Below, one piece after another: positions 49,134 through 63,633 of a DNA stretch of 64,000 nucleotides. Below the pieces are notes generated by a model. It was not told where the DNA came from. It made no database searches and saw nothing but the letters and a program-made list of their open reading frames with translations. Made by a program: the position numbers and the translations under genes. The first letter of the stretch is position 1. Each line of letters starts with the position of its first letter. Source of the DNA: Phoronis australis (Eukaryota; Animalia; Phoronida); contig NMRA01000029.1 of the NCBI GenBank assembly GCA_002633005.1, positions 381,396 through 445,395 on the forward strand, read 5' to 3'.

Positions 49134-52100
49134 TAGGGACTTGTTCTTTCGTCAAACTACTGGCTGACCAATATACCATTAACATGGGAGATTTTACAAA
49201 AATCTGAGCTGTTATTTCTAAGATATCAACCTTTATAATTAAGAGAAATGTGGACACTTTCTAGGGCCACGCAGCATCCGAAGTAGCAGGACGCTGTCCG
49301 TGTCAGCGAACAAAAATGTCACTGAACCGTCACCATGTAATAACACCAGAATGGGAAAAGTAAAAAATCCAGAAAATTGCCTCTTCCTTGAGGGCGTACA
49401 TCATGAGATGCTGTCTTACCCGATACACAAGGTAAGACTGAGGTGCGTTACTTTCGTTATTGATAAAATTTTAGACTGGCTGACACGTGCAGTTACAGTT
49501 CTCCACCTGTTACAACACTGTGGTGTCCAGGTCGTTGAAATACATTCCTAGTGTTAGCTGTATTTTAGTTGTATTTACTCTGAGTTCTCCTCATATATCA
49601 ATGCTTTGGCCGTGATGACGCTCATTTATTCCAATAGATAGACTGTAGATCTGTCCATCTATCAATATTAGTTTCATTCGCTTGGACTAGACGTTTGTTG
49701 CTTTTCGTGCTTGTACATTAACGTTGATGCAAACACACATTCTAATCCCGCCAACAATTCCAATTTTAGTATTTAAAAATACTAATACCAGTCCTAACAA
49801 ACCTAAAAACATCACCAATTAATCCAACTGACGTTCGAAGTCACAAAATGTATGCTGAATGTCATTATTTGAATTCCTCTACAGATGCCACAACGGGATG
49901 GAGCTAGGCTGTGGTTCCCGGTATCAATTTTTGGCGGAGTAAGGACAAGGATTTTCAATTGATCTGCGTGTGAGAAATTGAAAACAGTTGATTTGGCGAT
50001 TGTTTGTAAATTTTTTCAATACTCGTTTTGTGTGTTTACACGCAGTACCCATACCTCAGCAATACGCTGCGATCCTCGAATAACCAATTGAAAACGGACG
50101 AAGCAGCTCTTCAGACGAAAATTATGAAGGTAAACTATTGTTACTTGGGTTTTATGCTGCATTAGATAGGGTGAAGCTCAGTACCTTTAAGGTTTTCAAA
50201 TCTGTACCCATTATACGACAAACGAAAATGTTTACAAAAAGCCCTATCGGGCTGCAGGTTCACAAACTCGACAAAAAGCTTATTAGTTCGAAAACAGTTC
50301 CACAATTAAAGAGACCAGAAGCCAGTGATTCAAACTTCAACGACAGAGGAGCAACAACATTGTAGTGGCTGTATTCCAAAAGTTGAAAATGTTAATAAAA
50401 GCGACAGTTCAGTGCACTTTGTCAAACTTTGTTTGGATGCTTTACCAAGGCACTGGCTCTTGGAAGAATTGGTTCCAGGGAGGCACGTGCTTACAAATCT
50501 CCAAACATTTTGTTCGAAATCACTGTTCAGAACCTCGTAACATGAAATTTCGAATTTTTAGCTTTCGAACTAATGGTCTCTNNNNNNNNNNNNNNNNNNN
50601 NNNNNNNNNNNNNNNNNNNNNNNNNNNNNNNNNNNNNNNNNNNNNNNNNNNNNNNNNNNNNNNNNNNNNNNNNNNNNNNNNNNNNNNNNNNNNNNNNNNN
50701 NNNNNNNNNNNNNNNNNNNNCTTCAGGAATCAAGGAAAATGCTTGATTTTTAGAGGTAAAAACAGAAAAATTTCCTGGGCGGGAGGGGGGCAAACCCCCC
50801 TCCCGACCTCCCCCCATTCGGTGCTATGCGCATCTACAATCGTGGTTCAGTTTGCGCAAATGCTTACAGCCGGGCAAAATGTTGGGCCCCCCCCTTGTGA
50901 TATCCTAGATCTGCCACTGTAATGCACAATGACTTTACTTTTCTTGCCTGTGGATTTGCGTTAACGCTAACGCACTTTCCAATCCCGCCCAACAAATCAC
51001 TAACATACAAACACAAGCCCTAACATACGAAGACATACACCACAAATTAATCTAAATACGAATTAATCTAAATGGCGTTCAAGGTCGCAAAAGCCATGCT
51101 GAATGGAATATTGAATCCCTGTGCCGATGCAAAAGCAAGATGAAGCTGAGCAGTGCTTCCCGTGGTCGATTCCTGCCGGTGTAGAGAGAAAGATTTTTCA
51201 ATTGATCTGCGTACGGCAAATTGAAAGCAATTGATAGGTCGATTGTTTGTAAATTTTATCAATACACTTTTTTGTCCTATTTACACGCCATACCCATACC
51301 CAAAGATAAACTTCGTTTAACCAAAACGAAAGAAGAAAGATTTAAGACGAAAATTATAAAGCTAAAGTATCGTTACTTGGGTTTCATACTGCAGTGTGTA
51401 CAGCTCAATACCTTTGAACATTCTCAAATCCCTACCCATAATACAACAAATGAAAACATTTTTTAAAAGGGTGCTATTAGGCCTAAGGTTCACAATTTCG
51501 AGAAAAAGTTTATTAGTTCTAAAACAGTTTGACAAGGACAAGGTCTTTTCAATGGATGTGCGTGTGGTTAATTGAAAACAGTCGATTTTTCGATTATTTG
51601 TAAATTTTATCAATGCATGTTTTTTCTATTTACACGCCACACCCTCCAACAATACCCCCACGACCCTCGGATAACCAAAAGGAATTCCGAAAGATTTAAG
51701 GTGCAACTTATGAAGGTAAACTATCATTGCTTGCGTTTCATATTGCATTTACATAAATAGTGTACAGCTCTATGTTGAAGGTCGTCAAATCCGTACCCGT
51801 AATACGTTAAACGAAAACGTTTTTTAAAAAGGCTATATCAAATTGCTAGTTGAACAACGGTTTCAGTAACTTAATCGGAATTTATTTGGTGAAAAGTTTC
51901 GAGATGTGATCTCAGAGACACCGTTGATGTCATAAAATATGATCATTTCATTTTTGTTTCGTGAACGGAGTTTAAAACACAGTATTTGAAAGATTTACCT
52001 AAATCTGAACTGCTATTTCTAGACGTTTTTCTAGAGTCATACAGGATCTTAACCAGCAGGACCCTGGCCTGGCCCTCTCTCTCAACGAACCAAAGATAGC

Positions 52101-52224
52101 ATTGACCCATCACCTTAAAATGACACCAGAGTCGAAAAGGTAAGAAATCCCGAAAATTGGCTCTTTTTTGAGGGCGTGCACCATGAGATGGTATCAAGGT
52201 TCTGTTCACTTGTAAATATCATAG

Positions 52225-52556
52225 AATCATCTGGTGTGCCTCCTAGTGGCAATTTAATTTTTTTTTTAAGTTTACCTAAAGTCTGTTTATTCAAAGGTTC
52301 TTTGACGGATTTTCATAATATTTGGCAGATAGGCATATGGTGCCTATCTTTCATTTCCGGGTGGATTGGGAGTATTTTGCGGCAACTAGTGGGAATTTTT
52401 TACTGTTTTCGAGTCTTTTTGTCGTCCGCCCCTCTGTAAACCAAACCACTCTATAGATGATTTTAAAAATTGGCATACATGTTTTTACTGTAAAAAGGTC
52501 GGCTGACGGTCTTGTTCCGACGAAATTGACTACTGTGGCGCTTCTTGGTGGCAAAT
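52225..52556 (+). mobile_element. Internal fragment of the same HINE family
   Basis: Three ~145-bp subunits homologous to 47650-47960. Confidence 0.7.
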
Positions 52557-55500
52557 TGAAAAATTTGATTTTGTCGGTTGTTTGTAAAATACACGCTTTT
52601 GTCTATTTACAAGCCATACACATACCCCAACGATGTGCTGCGACACACGGATATCCAAAACAGGAGAAGGATTTAGAATGAATATTATGAAGGTATGTTT
52701 TTAAAAATGCCCTATCAGGCCCAAGGTTCACGATTCGGACAGACAAGAAAGTTAGTTTGCCCGAAATAAGGCCACGAAACCAGAAGCCGGTTATTCAAAG
52801 TCAACGACAGCGAAGCAGCAAAATTTTAGTGGCGGTAAAACAAAGTTTGAAAATGTAAATGAAAGCGAAAGCTCAGTGCACATTGCTGAACTGTGTTTGG
52901 ATCTTTTCCAGAGGCACTGGCTCTTCGAGTGTTTAATATCCCAAAACATTTTGTTCCAAATCACCGTTCAGAACCTCATGTCGTTAAAGTTTGAAATTTT
53001 AGCTTTAGTTATGGGCTTTCGTACTTGCTTGTATTTGTGGACTTAAAAACCTTCGGAAAAATGAAAGCCGTGATTTCATACCTTCAGCAAACACACTTTC
53101 TCACTTCTAGTTTTAAATTGAAGTCATATAGGTTTTATCGCTTCTAAAGGCTTGGTTTCCTTTTAACCGTATTGTAGATTTAATAGCAACTTGGTCATTC
53201 TTCGAACGGTGGACTTTGGCTGACTAGTATACCATTAACGCGCGGAATTTAACGTCGAAAGCAGTGACAGTATACCCAAGGTAGGCCCGGACAACTAACA
53301 CGAATGTCACCAGTAATGTTCATCTGAAACCATCCTTGTTTGATTTGAAAAAGCGAAGTTCAAAATTTACTCGCCAGTCATTCAACATCTGTCTTTATTC
53401 ATGAACACTGTTTCACACCTGGTTTCAGGGCAAAAAACTGCAAATTTAAGAAAAAACAAAAGCACATTAATGTTAAAACAATGGTATCAATCACACAGTG
53501 GAATTTCATTCCATGAAAATAAATGTTTCAGAAGTCATCACAGAAAAACAGTTTTAACGAAAATGAAAATGAAATGATCATATTAAAATAGGATCATTTC
53601 ATTTTCGTTTTTTGAACGGTGTTTAAATCATGGTATTTCACATTTTACCTAAATCTGAACTGCTATTCTGGTACGAATCTTTAAAGTTAGAGAAATTTGA
53701 ATGTTATTCCAAAGATAATACATGATCTGAACAACCATGACCTCACCACTACTGACAGAGAACCAAAGATAGCAATGAACCACCTACTCAAATGATACCG
53801 TAATTGGAAAAGTAAAAAAAAATCTCTGAACTTGCACCTTCCGTGAAAGCGCGCCATGAGATGCCGTCTTACACGGTACACGAAGGACGATAGAGGTATG
53901 AAACTCTCGTTATTGATAACATTTTGTCTGGCTGATACTTGCAGTTACAGTTGTCTGCCTGTGTTAGCTTTGTGGTGTCCAAATCATTGTAACATCGTTT
54001 AAGTGCTGTCGAACATTGTTTGGATCCTTTCGAGAGTAGGCACTGGCACTTCCAAAAAGTAGTTTCAAACAGGAACGTGCATACAAATCTCCGAACATTT
54101 TGCTATCTGTAATAAATGAAAGTTCGAAATTTTAGCTTTCAAGCTAATGGACTTTCGACCTAGTTTGGACCTTTTGATTTATGGATTTTTGGACTTGCCT
54201 CCCTTCGGACCAATGAATAAGTGATTTTATACCTTCTGCTCACAGTCTTTCTCACTTGTACTTTTCAATTCAGATCATAAGGTTTCATTGCTTCCAATGA
54301 GATGACTTTGTTTGAACATCGTTGTAGGCTTTTAAGGAATTGACCTAATTTCGTCAAACTACTGGACATTGGCTGACTAATATACCATTGCCATGCGGGA
54401 TCTGACGTCGGGAGCAGTGAGAGTGTACCAAAGGTGCCGCTGGACCACTCACAGGAATGACATCAGAGTCAAAAGGTATGGTGCCGTTCACCCCTAAATA
54501 TCCTGGAAATTAAATGCTTCGACTGTCTGTGTGTTCTACGAGTCATCAAACCTGTACCTTGTTTGATTTGGAAAATTCAAGTCATTCAGGCATCTATTTT
54601 TATTCATATGCATTGTATTACATCTAGTTTCAGGGCACAGTCCCTCAAAAACCGTAAAATTTAGCAAAAGGCAAAGCCACGTTAATGCTAAAACAATGAT
54701 ATCAATAACAAGATCGAATTTCATTTCATGAAATTGTTCCAGAAGTGACCTCAGAACTCTATTAACGTTCCAAAATATGCTCTTCATTTTTGTTTTGTGA
54801 ACTGTCTTTAAATCACAGTATTTGGAGGTGTTACATGAATAAGAACAGCTATTTTTGAGATGTAAACGTTCAATGTTGGAGAAATATAGACGTTTGTCTG
54901 AGCAAGCAGGACACTGACCTTACCACCACTGGCACAGAACAAAAGATGTCGCTGAACCACCAACACAAAATGATACCATAATCTGAAACGTAAAAAATCC
55001 CTTAAATTGCACTCTCCCTTAGGCTGCATCATGAGATGCTGCCCTAAAAGATACATGAAGGACGATAGAGGTGTGTAACTGTCGTTATTGACAACATTTT
55101 GGTCTGACTGACACTTGTGACAACTTTGTGGTGTCTTGATCAATATTATAACAGCTTTAAAGTGATAACGGTATTTTACTTGTACTCTTGCTTGTACTCA
55201 AGTTTTAGTGTTTGGTTCTTGATGACGCACATGTACTTTAAATGGATACACCTCTCCATGCACCAAACCTATCACCATTCGCTTTCACTTGTCCTTTGTT
55301 ACTTGTCTTGCTGGTACATTCGCATTGACGATAACACTCTTTCTAAATTTCGACTAACATTTGCAATAACATACTAACACATACCCTAACACACTAAAAA
55401 CAGCATGACTGAATCCAAATCACCATCCTGTGTGCATGCTGAATGCTGTTAACTGAGTTCCTCTGCAGATGCCATAACCAGGTGGAGCTGAGCAGTGGTT

Positions 55501-55611
55501 CCCTTGATCGATAACACCCGTGGCATGGAGAAGGATTTTTCAATTACATTGATTATTCAAGTATCAAATGGAAAACAACTGTTTGTAAATTTTATTATTC
55601 CACGGTTTTGT

Positions 55612-56693
55612 TTATTATGCGCCCACATATTTATATGTGGACGCATTATGCCGTCATCTCTGTCCGTCCGTCCGTCCGTCCGGGCGGCGTCCGTCCGGCG
55701 TCCGGCGTCCGCTGCTCTATCTCCAAAACCCTTTGACATACGTTCATGAAATTTGGCACATATGTTCCATTCATGAATGGGACGGCATGTGCGAACGTTC
55801 GGACGGATCCGACTACCGGTGTGCCCCCTAGTGGCAATTTTAGTTTTTTACGCTTACCTTTGTATCTTCAAAAGTATTGAACGGATTTTCATGAAATTTG
55901 GTATGTAGGCACCTATTAGTGAGATGACGCTATCCTACTGTTTTCAGATGGATTCGACGTAGTTTGCGCCACCTAGTGGCCATTTTTACTGTTTTCGAGT
56001 CTGTATTTTTGCGTCCACCCCTCTATCAACCAAACCGCTCAAAGGATGATTGTGAAAATTGGCGTGTATGTGCTTACTATAAGGAAGACAGCTGACAATG
56101 ATTTTCAGACGATTTGGACTACTGTGGCGCCTCCTAGTGGCAGTTTTGTTTTTTTGCGCCCATGGCTGTATCTCCCAAACCGTTTGCAGGATCTTTACTA
56201 AATTTAGCAAGTGTATTTATGTGATGTTGACAACGGACGATGACGACTTTAGGATGATTCTGATTACCGGTATGCCTCTAGTGGCAATTTTAGTATTTGC
56301 CTCTAGTGGCAATTTTAGTATTTTACATTGACCTCTGTATTTTCATAGGTCTTCAGGTGTATACTTTGTGTTACTTCGTGACTGTGAAGGAAAAGTTCCA
56401 AGTAGAAATTTGTTTCTGGCATTCTAATGCTGTGCTAATCTCGTATGTTGGTAAATTTGTTTTTAATTCTATGTTTCTGTGGTGCTTTAAGCAACTGGTG
56501 TATAGGATGTGCTTGTATTATGAAGATTACTCACATTTTGCCCCTAGCCTATTGAGGAGACAATGACCATGCCTTTCCATTTTGCAAAGTATGCCCTCTA
56601 CTGGCCACTTTATGGTACCAATAAACAACCCTAGAAGGATACCGTATGCGGTGCAATTGTGGGCGCATTTCAACGCTCCGCGTTGCTCTTGTT
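55612..56693 (+). mobile_element. Second full HINE copy
   Basis: ttatgcgcccacatatttatatgtggacgcat 5' hairpin/subTIR, (gtcc)n, tandem subunits, and the same 3' end gtgggcgcatttcaacgctccgcgttgctcttgtt. Confidence 0.85.
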
Positions 56694-59600
56694 TACTTGC
56701 TATACTCACACAACAACGATACGTTGCGACCCCTGGATTACCAAGACGGAAGAAGGAGAATGGAAGAAAAAGAATGACAAACGAAGACTAAAATTAAGAA
56801 TGTAAGATAATTTTGCTTGCGATTCATACTGAATTGGTATAAATAGCGTAGAGCTCTTTAATATGAAGGTTCACAAGTCTAAAGACAAATCATCTGACAA
56901 TTGAATATATTTCTAAAAGAGCCCTTTAACCCCGAGGGTTCACAAATCCGACAGAAAGAAAAGATAGTTAGTTTGAAACTAGTCCGAAGGTCTGTTATAC
57001 CTGAAACCTGTGATTTAGCCATCGACAGGAAGCATCAAGATTGTAGTGGTGGTAAACCAATATTTGAAAATGTAAATAAATGCAACATCTCTGCACATTG
57101 CCGAATATTGTTTTGATCCTTCCGACAGGCTCTCAGGGCTCCATAAAGTAGTTTCAAATAGGCACGTGCATATAAATACCCGAACCTTCTTCTCCAAACA
57201 ACTTTTCAAAATCTTGATACATGAAAGTTCTAACTTTTAGCTTCGGACTGGTACGGACCTTCAGAACAAGGAATACCTTGAATTCATACCTTCTGCTCAC
57301 ACTCTTTTTCACTCGTAGATTTCAATTCAGATCATTCGATTCCATTGCCTCCAAGGGATTGACTTCGTTTGAATTTTATTGTAGGTTTTCAGAGACTTCG
57401 CCAAATTTCTTCGAACCTCTGGACTGACTAATATACCACTAGCATGCGGCATGCAGGATTTGACGTCGCGAACAGTGGGATGAAACCACAGGACCACAGG
57501 GCCACTTACACGAATGACACCATAGCCAAAAAGTATGGTGCCATTAAGCTGTAAAAATCCTGGAAGTTACATGCTTTGACCGTATGTGCATTCTAGGACC
57601 CATCAATTCACACCTGGTTTCAGGGCACAATAAATTATTTCTCAAAAACCGTAAAATTTAGCTTAGGACAAAAAGCACATTAATGGTAAAACAATGGTAT
57701 CAATAACAAGATCGAATTTAATTTAATGAAGGTGTTCCAGAAGTCATCTCAGAACTCTGTTAAAGTTGTAAAATATTTTCTTATCATGTTCGTTTTCTGA
57801 ACGGTGTTTAAATCATAGTATTTGAAAGTTTTACATCAATGTGAACTGTCATTTCTGAGATACAAACGTTAGAGAAATGTAGACGTTCTTTTCTAGGGTC
57901 TTACAGGCTTCGAACAACAAAGACCATGGCCTTGTCACCACTGGAATTGAACCAAAGATGTTGCTGAACCACGAACACAAAATAACACCAGAGTGGAAAA
58001 GGTAAAAACGTCTCGCAAGCTGCTTCTTCCGTGAGGGCGCGCGCCATGAGTTGCTGTCTTACCGATTCATGAAAGACGACAGTGGTGTATAGCTTTTGTT
58101 ATTTATAATATTTTAGTCTGGGTGTCACTTGCAGTTGCAGTTCTCCACCTATGACAATTGTGTGGTGTCGCGTCGTTGTAAAATATTTTAAGTTTTGGCT
58201 GTATTATACTTGTACTCTGGGTTGTACTCAGGTTTCAGTGTTTGGTTCGTGATGACGCACATGTACTTTAAATAGATACACCTCTCCATCCACCAAATCT
58301 ATCACCATTCGCTTGCACCACACGTTTGTTAATTGTCTTGCTCGTGTATTCACGTTGACGCTGATGCTCTTTCTAATCCCGGCTAACAATTACACTAACC
58401 TACTGACACAAGCCCAAACGTACCCAGAAAGACAGCATGAATAAATCCAAATAACGTAAAAGGCCACAAAAATTTTGTTAATACATGTTTTTTGTCTATT
58501 GACTCGCCATATACCCACGCAACAGCGATACGCTGCAACCCACGGATAACCAAAACGGAATAAGAAGCATGGAAGAAGAAAATTCACAACCGAATACTAA
58601 AGCTAAGAAGGAAATTTAATATTGCTTGCAAATCATAATGCATTGGTATAAATAGGATAGACCTCGATACTCCGAAGGTGTACAAGTTAGAAGGCAAATT
58701 ATGCGACAAATGAAAACGTTTTCAAAAGGACCTTGAGTACGAAGGTTCACAAATCCAACAAAAAGAAGGTCTAGTTGAAAGTATTGACGAGGTCTGACAA
58801 CAGAGCAGCAAAGTTTTACTGGTTGTATTACAAAATTTGATAATGTAATTAAATGTAGCAGCTCAGTAAGCATTGACAAAATTTGTTTGGATCCCATTGA
58901 GGAGCACTGGCTCTTCGAATCACTAGTTTCAAACGGCAAGTGTATAGAAACTAACTCCAAAATTTTTCACAAAATAACTTTTCAGAACCTCGTGTCCTGA
59001 GAGATCGAACGTTTACGTTTGAAAATGATAAGCTTTCGAACTTCAGTGGATATTCAGATTTATGGATTCTTGGTCTAGCTAACCTCGAAACCGAGGAATA
59101 CCGTGATTTCATACCTTCTGCCCAAACATCTTCTCACTTGTAGATTTCAATTCAGGTCGTATTCCTTTATTACTTTCAAGGGGTTCATTTTTAGCGACTT
59201 GTCCTAGTGTGCAACAACCGGACTTTGGCTGACTAATATACCATCCACGTGTGATAACTGAAGTTGCCAGCAGTGACAGTCAGTATATCAAATGTGTTGC
59301 AGGACCACTATGACGAAAGACATCAGTGTCAAACGGTGTAGTGCAGTTCATCTGTAAACGTCCTCAACCTGTGTATTCCTATGTGCAACTTGTCTGATTC
59401 GGAAAAATGAAGTGAAAATTCTATCCGCTACTCATTCAGGCACCGTCTTTATTTATGTACATTGTTTCATACCTGGTTCCAGGGCACAATCTCTCAAAAA
59501 CTGCAAAATTTACCAAAACAGAAAAGCACATTATTAGTAAAACAACGGTGTCAATAACAATATCGAATTTCATTTGACAAAAATATTTCAGAAGTGGTAT

Positions 59601-61810
59601 CAGAAACACTGTTAATAATCTAAAACATGATCAATTGGAGACCGGGCCCAGGAAAGACGGCATGAATTAATCCAAAGAACGTTCAAGGTCTCAAAATACG
59701 TGCTGAATGGTGTTATTTGAATTCCTCTGGAGATGCCACAACCCGTGAGCGATTTCTATCAGCGTAGAGACAAGGATTTTTCAATTGATCTCCGAATGGC
59801 AGATTGAAAACTATTGGCTTGTCGATTGTTTGAAAAGTTCATTAATACAGATTTTTGTCAATTTACGCGGTATAACCCTGCCTCAACGATACGCTTTGAA
59901 CCTTGGATAACCAAAACGGATGACGAAGGATTTAAGACGAAAATTATGTAGGTGAACTAATGTTGTTTCCGTTTAATGCCACTATATATTTTGGATGCAG
60001 CCCGGCACTCTGAAGGTTCTCAAGTCCTGACACCCATGGGAAATGTTTTTAAAAAGACCCTATTTGGCCAAGTGTTCGCAACTCCGACAGAAAAGAACGC
60101 TAGTTAGATCAAAACTGATTTCAACATTTATGATACCAGAAAGCTCAACAGCAGCGGAACAGCAAAACTTGAGTGGCGCTAACCACTTTGTTTGCCTCCT
60201 TTACAGAGGCACAGGCTCTTCGAAGAACTAGTGTCAAACAGGCATGTGCTTCCAAATTACCGAATATTTTGCTCGATATCGCCGTTCGAAACCTCATGTC
60301 ATGAAAGTTTGAACTCTTAGCTTTCGAACTAATGGGGTTTAGGACTTGTGTGTACCTTCGAATTTGAAGACTTAAAAACTGTGAATTTGTGCCTTAGGTC
60401 ATACCTTTCCTCATTTATAGTTTTTATTTGAGGACATATAGGTTTTACTACTTCGGACGTGTTGATTTCCTTTTAACCTCATTGTAGGTTTTTAGCGACT
60501 TGGCCATTCGTCGATCCACTGGACTTTGGCTGACTAGTATACCATTAGCATGCAGTATCTGAAGCTGAGAACAGTGACATGGTACGAAATGTGCTGCAGT
60601 ACCACTTACACTAATGACACCAGAGACAAAAGGCATGGTGCTGCTAATCTGTAAATCTCCTGGAAGTTACTTGTTTCGACTGCATGCGAGTTTGTTTAAC
60701 ATAGAAAAGTAAAGTGAAACATCAACTCACCAGTCATTCAGGCATCTCTTTTTTCATTTACACTCTTTCTCACCTGGTTTCAGCTCACATTCTCTCAAAA
60801 ATCATAGTATTTAGCAAAAGACAGAGCTCATTGATAGTAAAACAGCGGTCAAAATAACAAGGTCGAATTTACTTAAATGCTAAATTTTCCAGAAGTGATG
60901 TAGGAAATACTCTATATGTTCTAAAATATGAGCACTTCATTTTCGTTTTGTAAACTGCGTTTAAATATTGGTATTTCAATGTTTTACATAAATGTAAACA
61001 GCTATTTCTGAGATGAATTTAAATATTCAAAGTGAGAGAGAAATATAGAGACTTTAGGATCATACAGGACCTGAACAAGCAGCACCCTGACCTCGCTACC
61101 ACTGGAAGAGAACCTAAGATGTCGCCGATTACCGACACAAAATAAAACCGGAGACGGAAAGGTAAAAAAGACCCGTAAGTTGCACTTCCGTGAGAGCGCA
61201 CGCTGTGAGATGCTGTCTTTCCAGATACATGATGGACGATAGTGCTGATTAAATGATGTTATTGATAACATTTGGGTCTTGCATTTACAGCTCTCCAACG
61301 GTGACAACTGTGTGGTTTCCAGATTATTGTAATAGTTCTTAAGGGTTGACTGTAGTTTTGTTGTAATCTGGGTTGTACTCAAGTATTAGTGTTTGGATGT
61401 GATGACGCACATGTACTTCAAATGAATAGATCTCTATGCATCCATCAAATCTATTACACTAGACATTTGTTGCAGGTCTTGGTGGTACAATTGTGCAGAC
61501 GCTAGCGCTCTTTCTAATCCCGAGTGACAATTGCACTAACACACTAATACAAGCCCTAACATACTAAAACAACGGCATGACTGAACCCAAATTACGTTCA
61601 AGACCCCAAAATGCATGCTGAATGGTGTTAATTGAATTCCTTTGCAGATTTCACAAGAAGAAGCAGTATTGAAAACAATTAATTTGTCGACTGTTTGTAA
61701 ATATTATTAATACACGTTTTTATACCACAATATTAGCGTCAAATGGCAGATAAAACCGTGTAATAACCCATAAAGTTATCTCACTAGTGAGATAACGATT
61801 TGGCGGGAAA

Positions 61811-61879
61811 CCGAGGACGGAGTCGAACCCGGGACCTTGATATTGTTGATCACCGACTTTAACCACTACACCACGCAGC
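61811..61879 (-). mobile_element. tRNA-like SINE head or tRNA pseudogene fragment
   Basis: Reverse complement gctgcgtggtgtagtggttaaag...ggtcccgggttcgactcc has A and B boxes but no convincing acceptor or anticodon stems. Confidence 0.6.
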
Positions 61880-63488
61880 GACTGACGTCATCAAGAGTGA
61901 AAATAGAATACTTAAATGAGCACGCGCAATAATCGCCCATTGTACTGTACTTATACGCTACGAAACATAAGACACATAATTNACACAGCTCGATACTCTG
62001 AAGGTTCTCAAGTGTTATAACGCCTATAATACAACAAATTAGAATTTGTGAAAAGGTCCTGTCAAGCCAAATGTTCACAAATCCGACTGAAAGGAATGCT
62101 AGTTAGTTCGACAATCTATGAGACCAGAAATTAGTGATGCAAAGTCATTGACACTTTTAGTACCAGGAAACTAAAAATGTAAATAAAAGCAACAGCTCAC
62201 TGACCATTGCCAAACTTTTTTGATCCTTTCAGAGGCTTTGGCTCTTCCATGAAGTAGTTTCAAACAGGACATGGATGGACTTAGATCACTTTTGAATGAC
62301 TATTTAGTCGTCTGTGTAGTATCTCCTGCATGTATCAATCATAACATGTATGACCATGACCTTGTTCTGTTCTTGCTCTCAGTTGACGGTATTTTTAAAC
62401 TTCTTGCAGTATGTGGACACTATGGTTTACCACATGACTTTGAATATAACTATCAAGGGGGTACTGTTATGCATGTGTTTTAAAAGTTAATTCTTAGGTA
62501 CTTCTATCAATATGGTGAACCTTTAAAGGCTGTGCAATAGATGGAACATTTGGTGATACCATATAATGGATGACTGTGACATCTCACGGTAACGGAGAAA
62601 ACCATATGTTCAAGCCTTCTGAGTAATTAGAAAATACCCTATGTGTAGTCTCCCTGTCAAGAATCAGTTGCTTATCTCTTTCTGTGTTCCAATGCATAGC
62701 ACGCGCCGACTGGTGGAATTTGAACATGTTCAATATCTCATATCTTTATGTGTTCAAGCGTTTTATAACTTTTTTCATAAATTTGAAGGTACTATGTGTA
62801 TATGTGTACTTTTTGAGGCTCATTATTATAAATCGACTCTAAGACAACATATTTACTTGTTTTAATGTCACCTGAATGAAATTTCCAATGTCATTGCCTG
62901 TGGTATGAATGAATCCGATCTCAAGTTTCCTTCTACATTCCGCACACGTGATCGTGTAGTTTGTAATAGGGTTTTTATTTTAAAATAGTGTTAGTGTTGG
63001 TTAACTTTTGTTCAATCTATCACAATGTTAATTTTAAGCGTGAGTTTTACACGGTCAAATTTTGATACTGTTTACATTTACTCAAAATATATCTGCAATA
63101 AAAATTATCGTATCCCATCATACCCACATGTCTCTATCGACTATCAACCAAGCAGTCGCCTGGGTTGATGTTGGAACAAAGCATGCATGTGGTGGACTAG
63201 ATGTTCTGGGTTCAACACGGGATGATTGCCGTCAAAACCTTCGAAATGTGCATTGGTTACTAAATAAATGTCACACGAAGGATATTCCACTGGACAACAT
63301 CAATAACACGTTCATGTACACAGTTATCAAAAAGATTCACGGAACAGACATGACATTGCTTAATATAAAGGCGAAGGCAACCTTTTTTCAGGTCATTTTC
63401 AGTAAAAGTAAGGTTCGTTGATTATCCTAGACATATTTTTCACTTAATTACAGCTTTTCGTAATTTAATTAATTGCCCTGCCTTTACT

Positions 63489-63500
63489 CCGGAAGTGACG
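63489..63500 (+). promoter_or_regulatory. ETS-CRE composite motif ccggaagtgacg upstream of the THAP ORF
   Basis: Motif match ~135 bp 5' of the ATG at 63634. Confidence 0.35.
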
Positions 63501-63633
63501 TTTTGGGAGGCAAGAATTTCGCGCCAATTTCTTATCATTTGGTCCCACTGTGAGAGCTGAAGAGTCAGTCATTGGTCTACCTTAGTTGTGATATGTTCGG
63601 TCGTTGTTTGTTTTACTTTACGAGTCTGTCAAC

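Larger units (their letters stand above)
42480..62270 (+). repeat. ~20-kb array of ~10 full or partial head-to-tail copies of a diverged ~1.8-1.9 kb unit
   Basis: Marker motifs recur in the same order and strand. tctaatcc..ctaacaa at ~43103, 46707, 49741, 50980, 55342, 58372, 61512. gatacatgaagg.cgata at ~42560, 46440, 49420, 53880, 55050, 58065, 61225. ggactttggctgacta at ~44704, 53211, 54364, 57421, 59221, 60521. Confidence 0.88.

Noticed and set aside
50365-50922. 185-aa ORF
   Set aside because: It spans an N gap and joins macrosatellite sequence to a MITE.
61811-61879. Functional tRNA gene
   Set aside because: A and B boxes are present but the cloverleaf stems do not pair convincingly. 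Treated as a SINE head or pseudogene.
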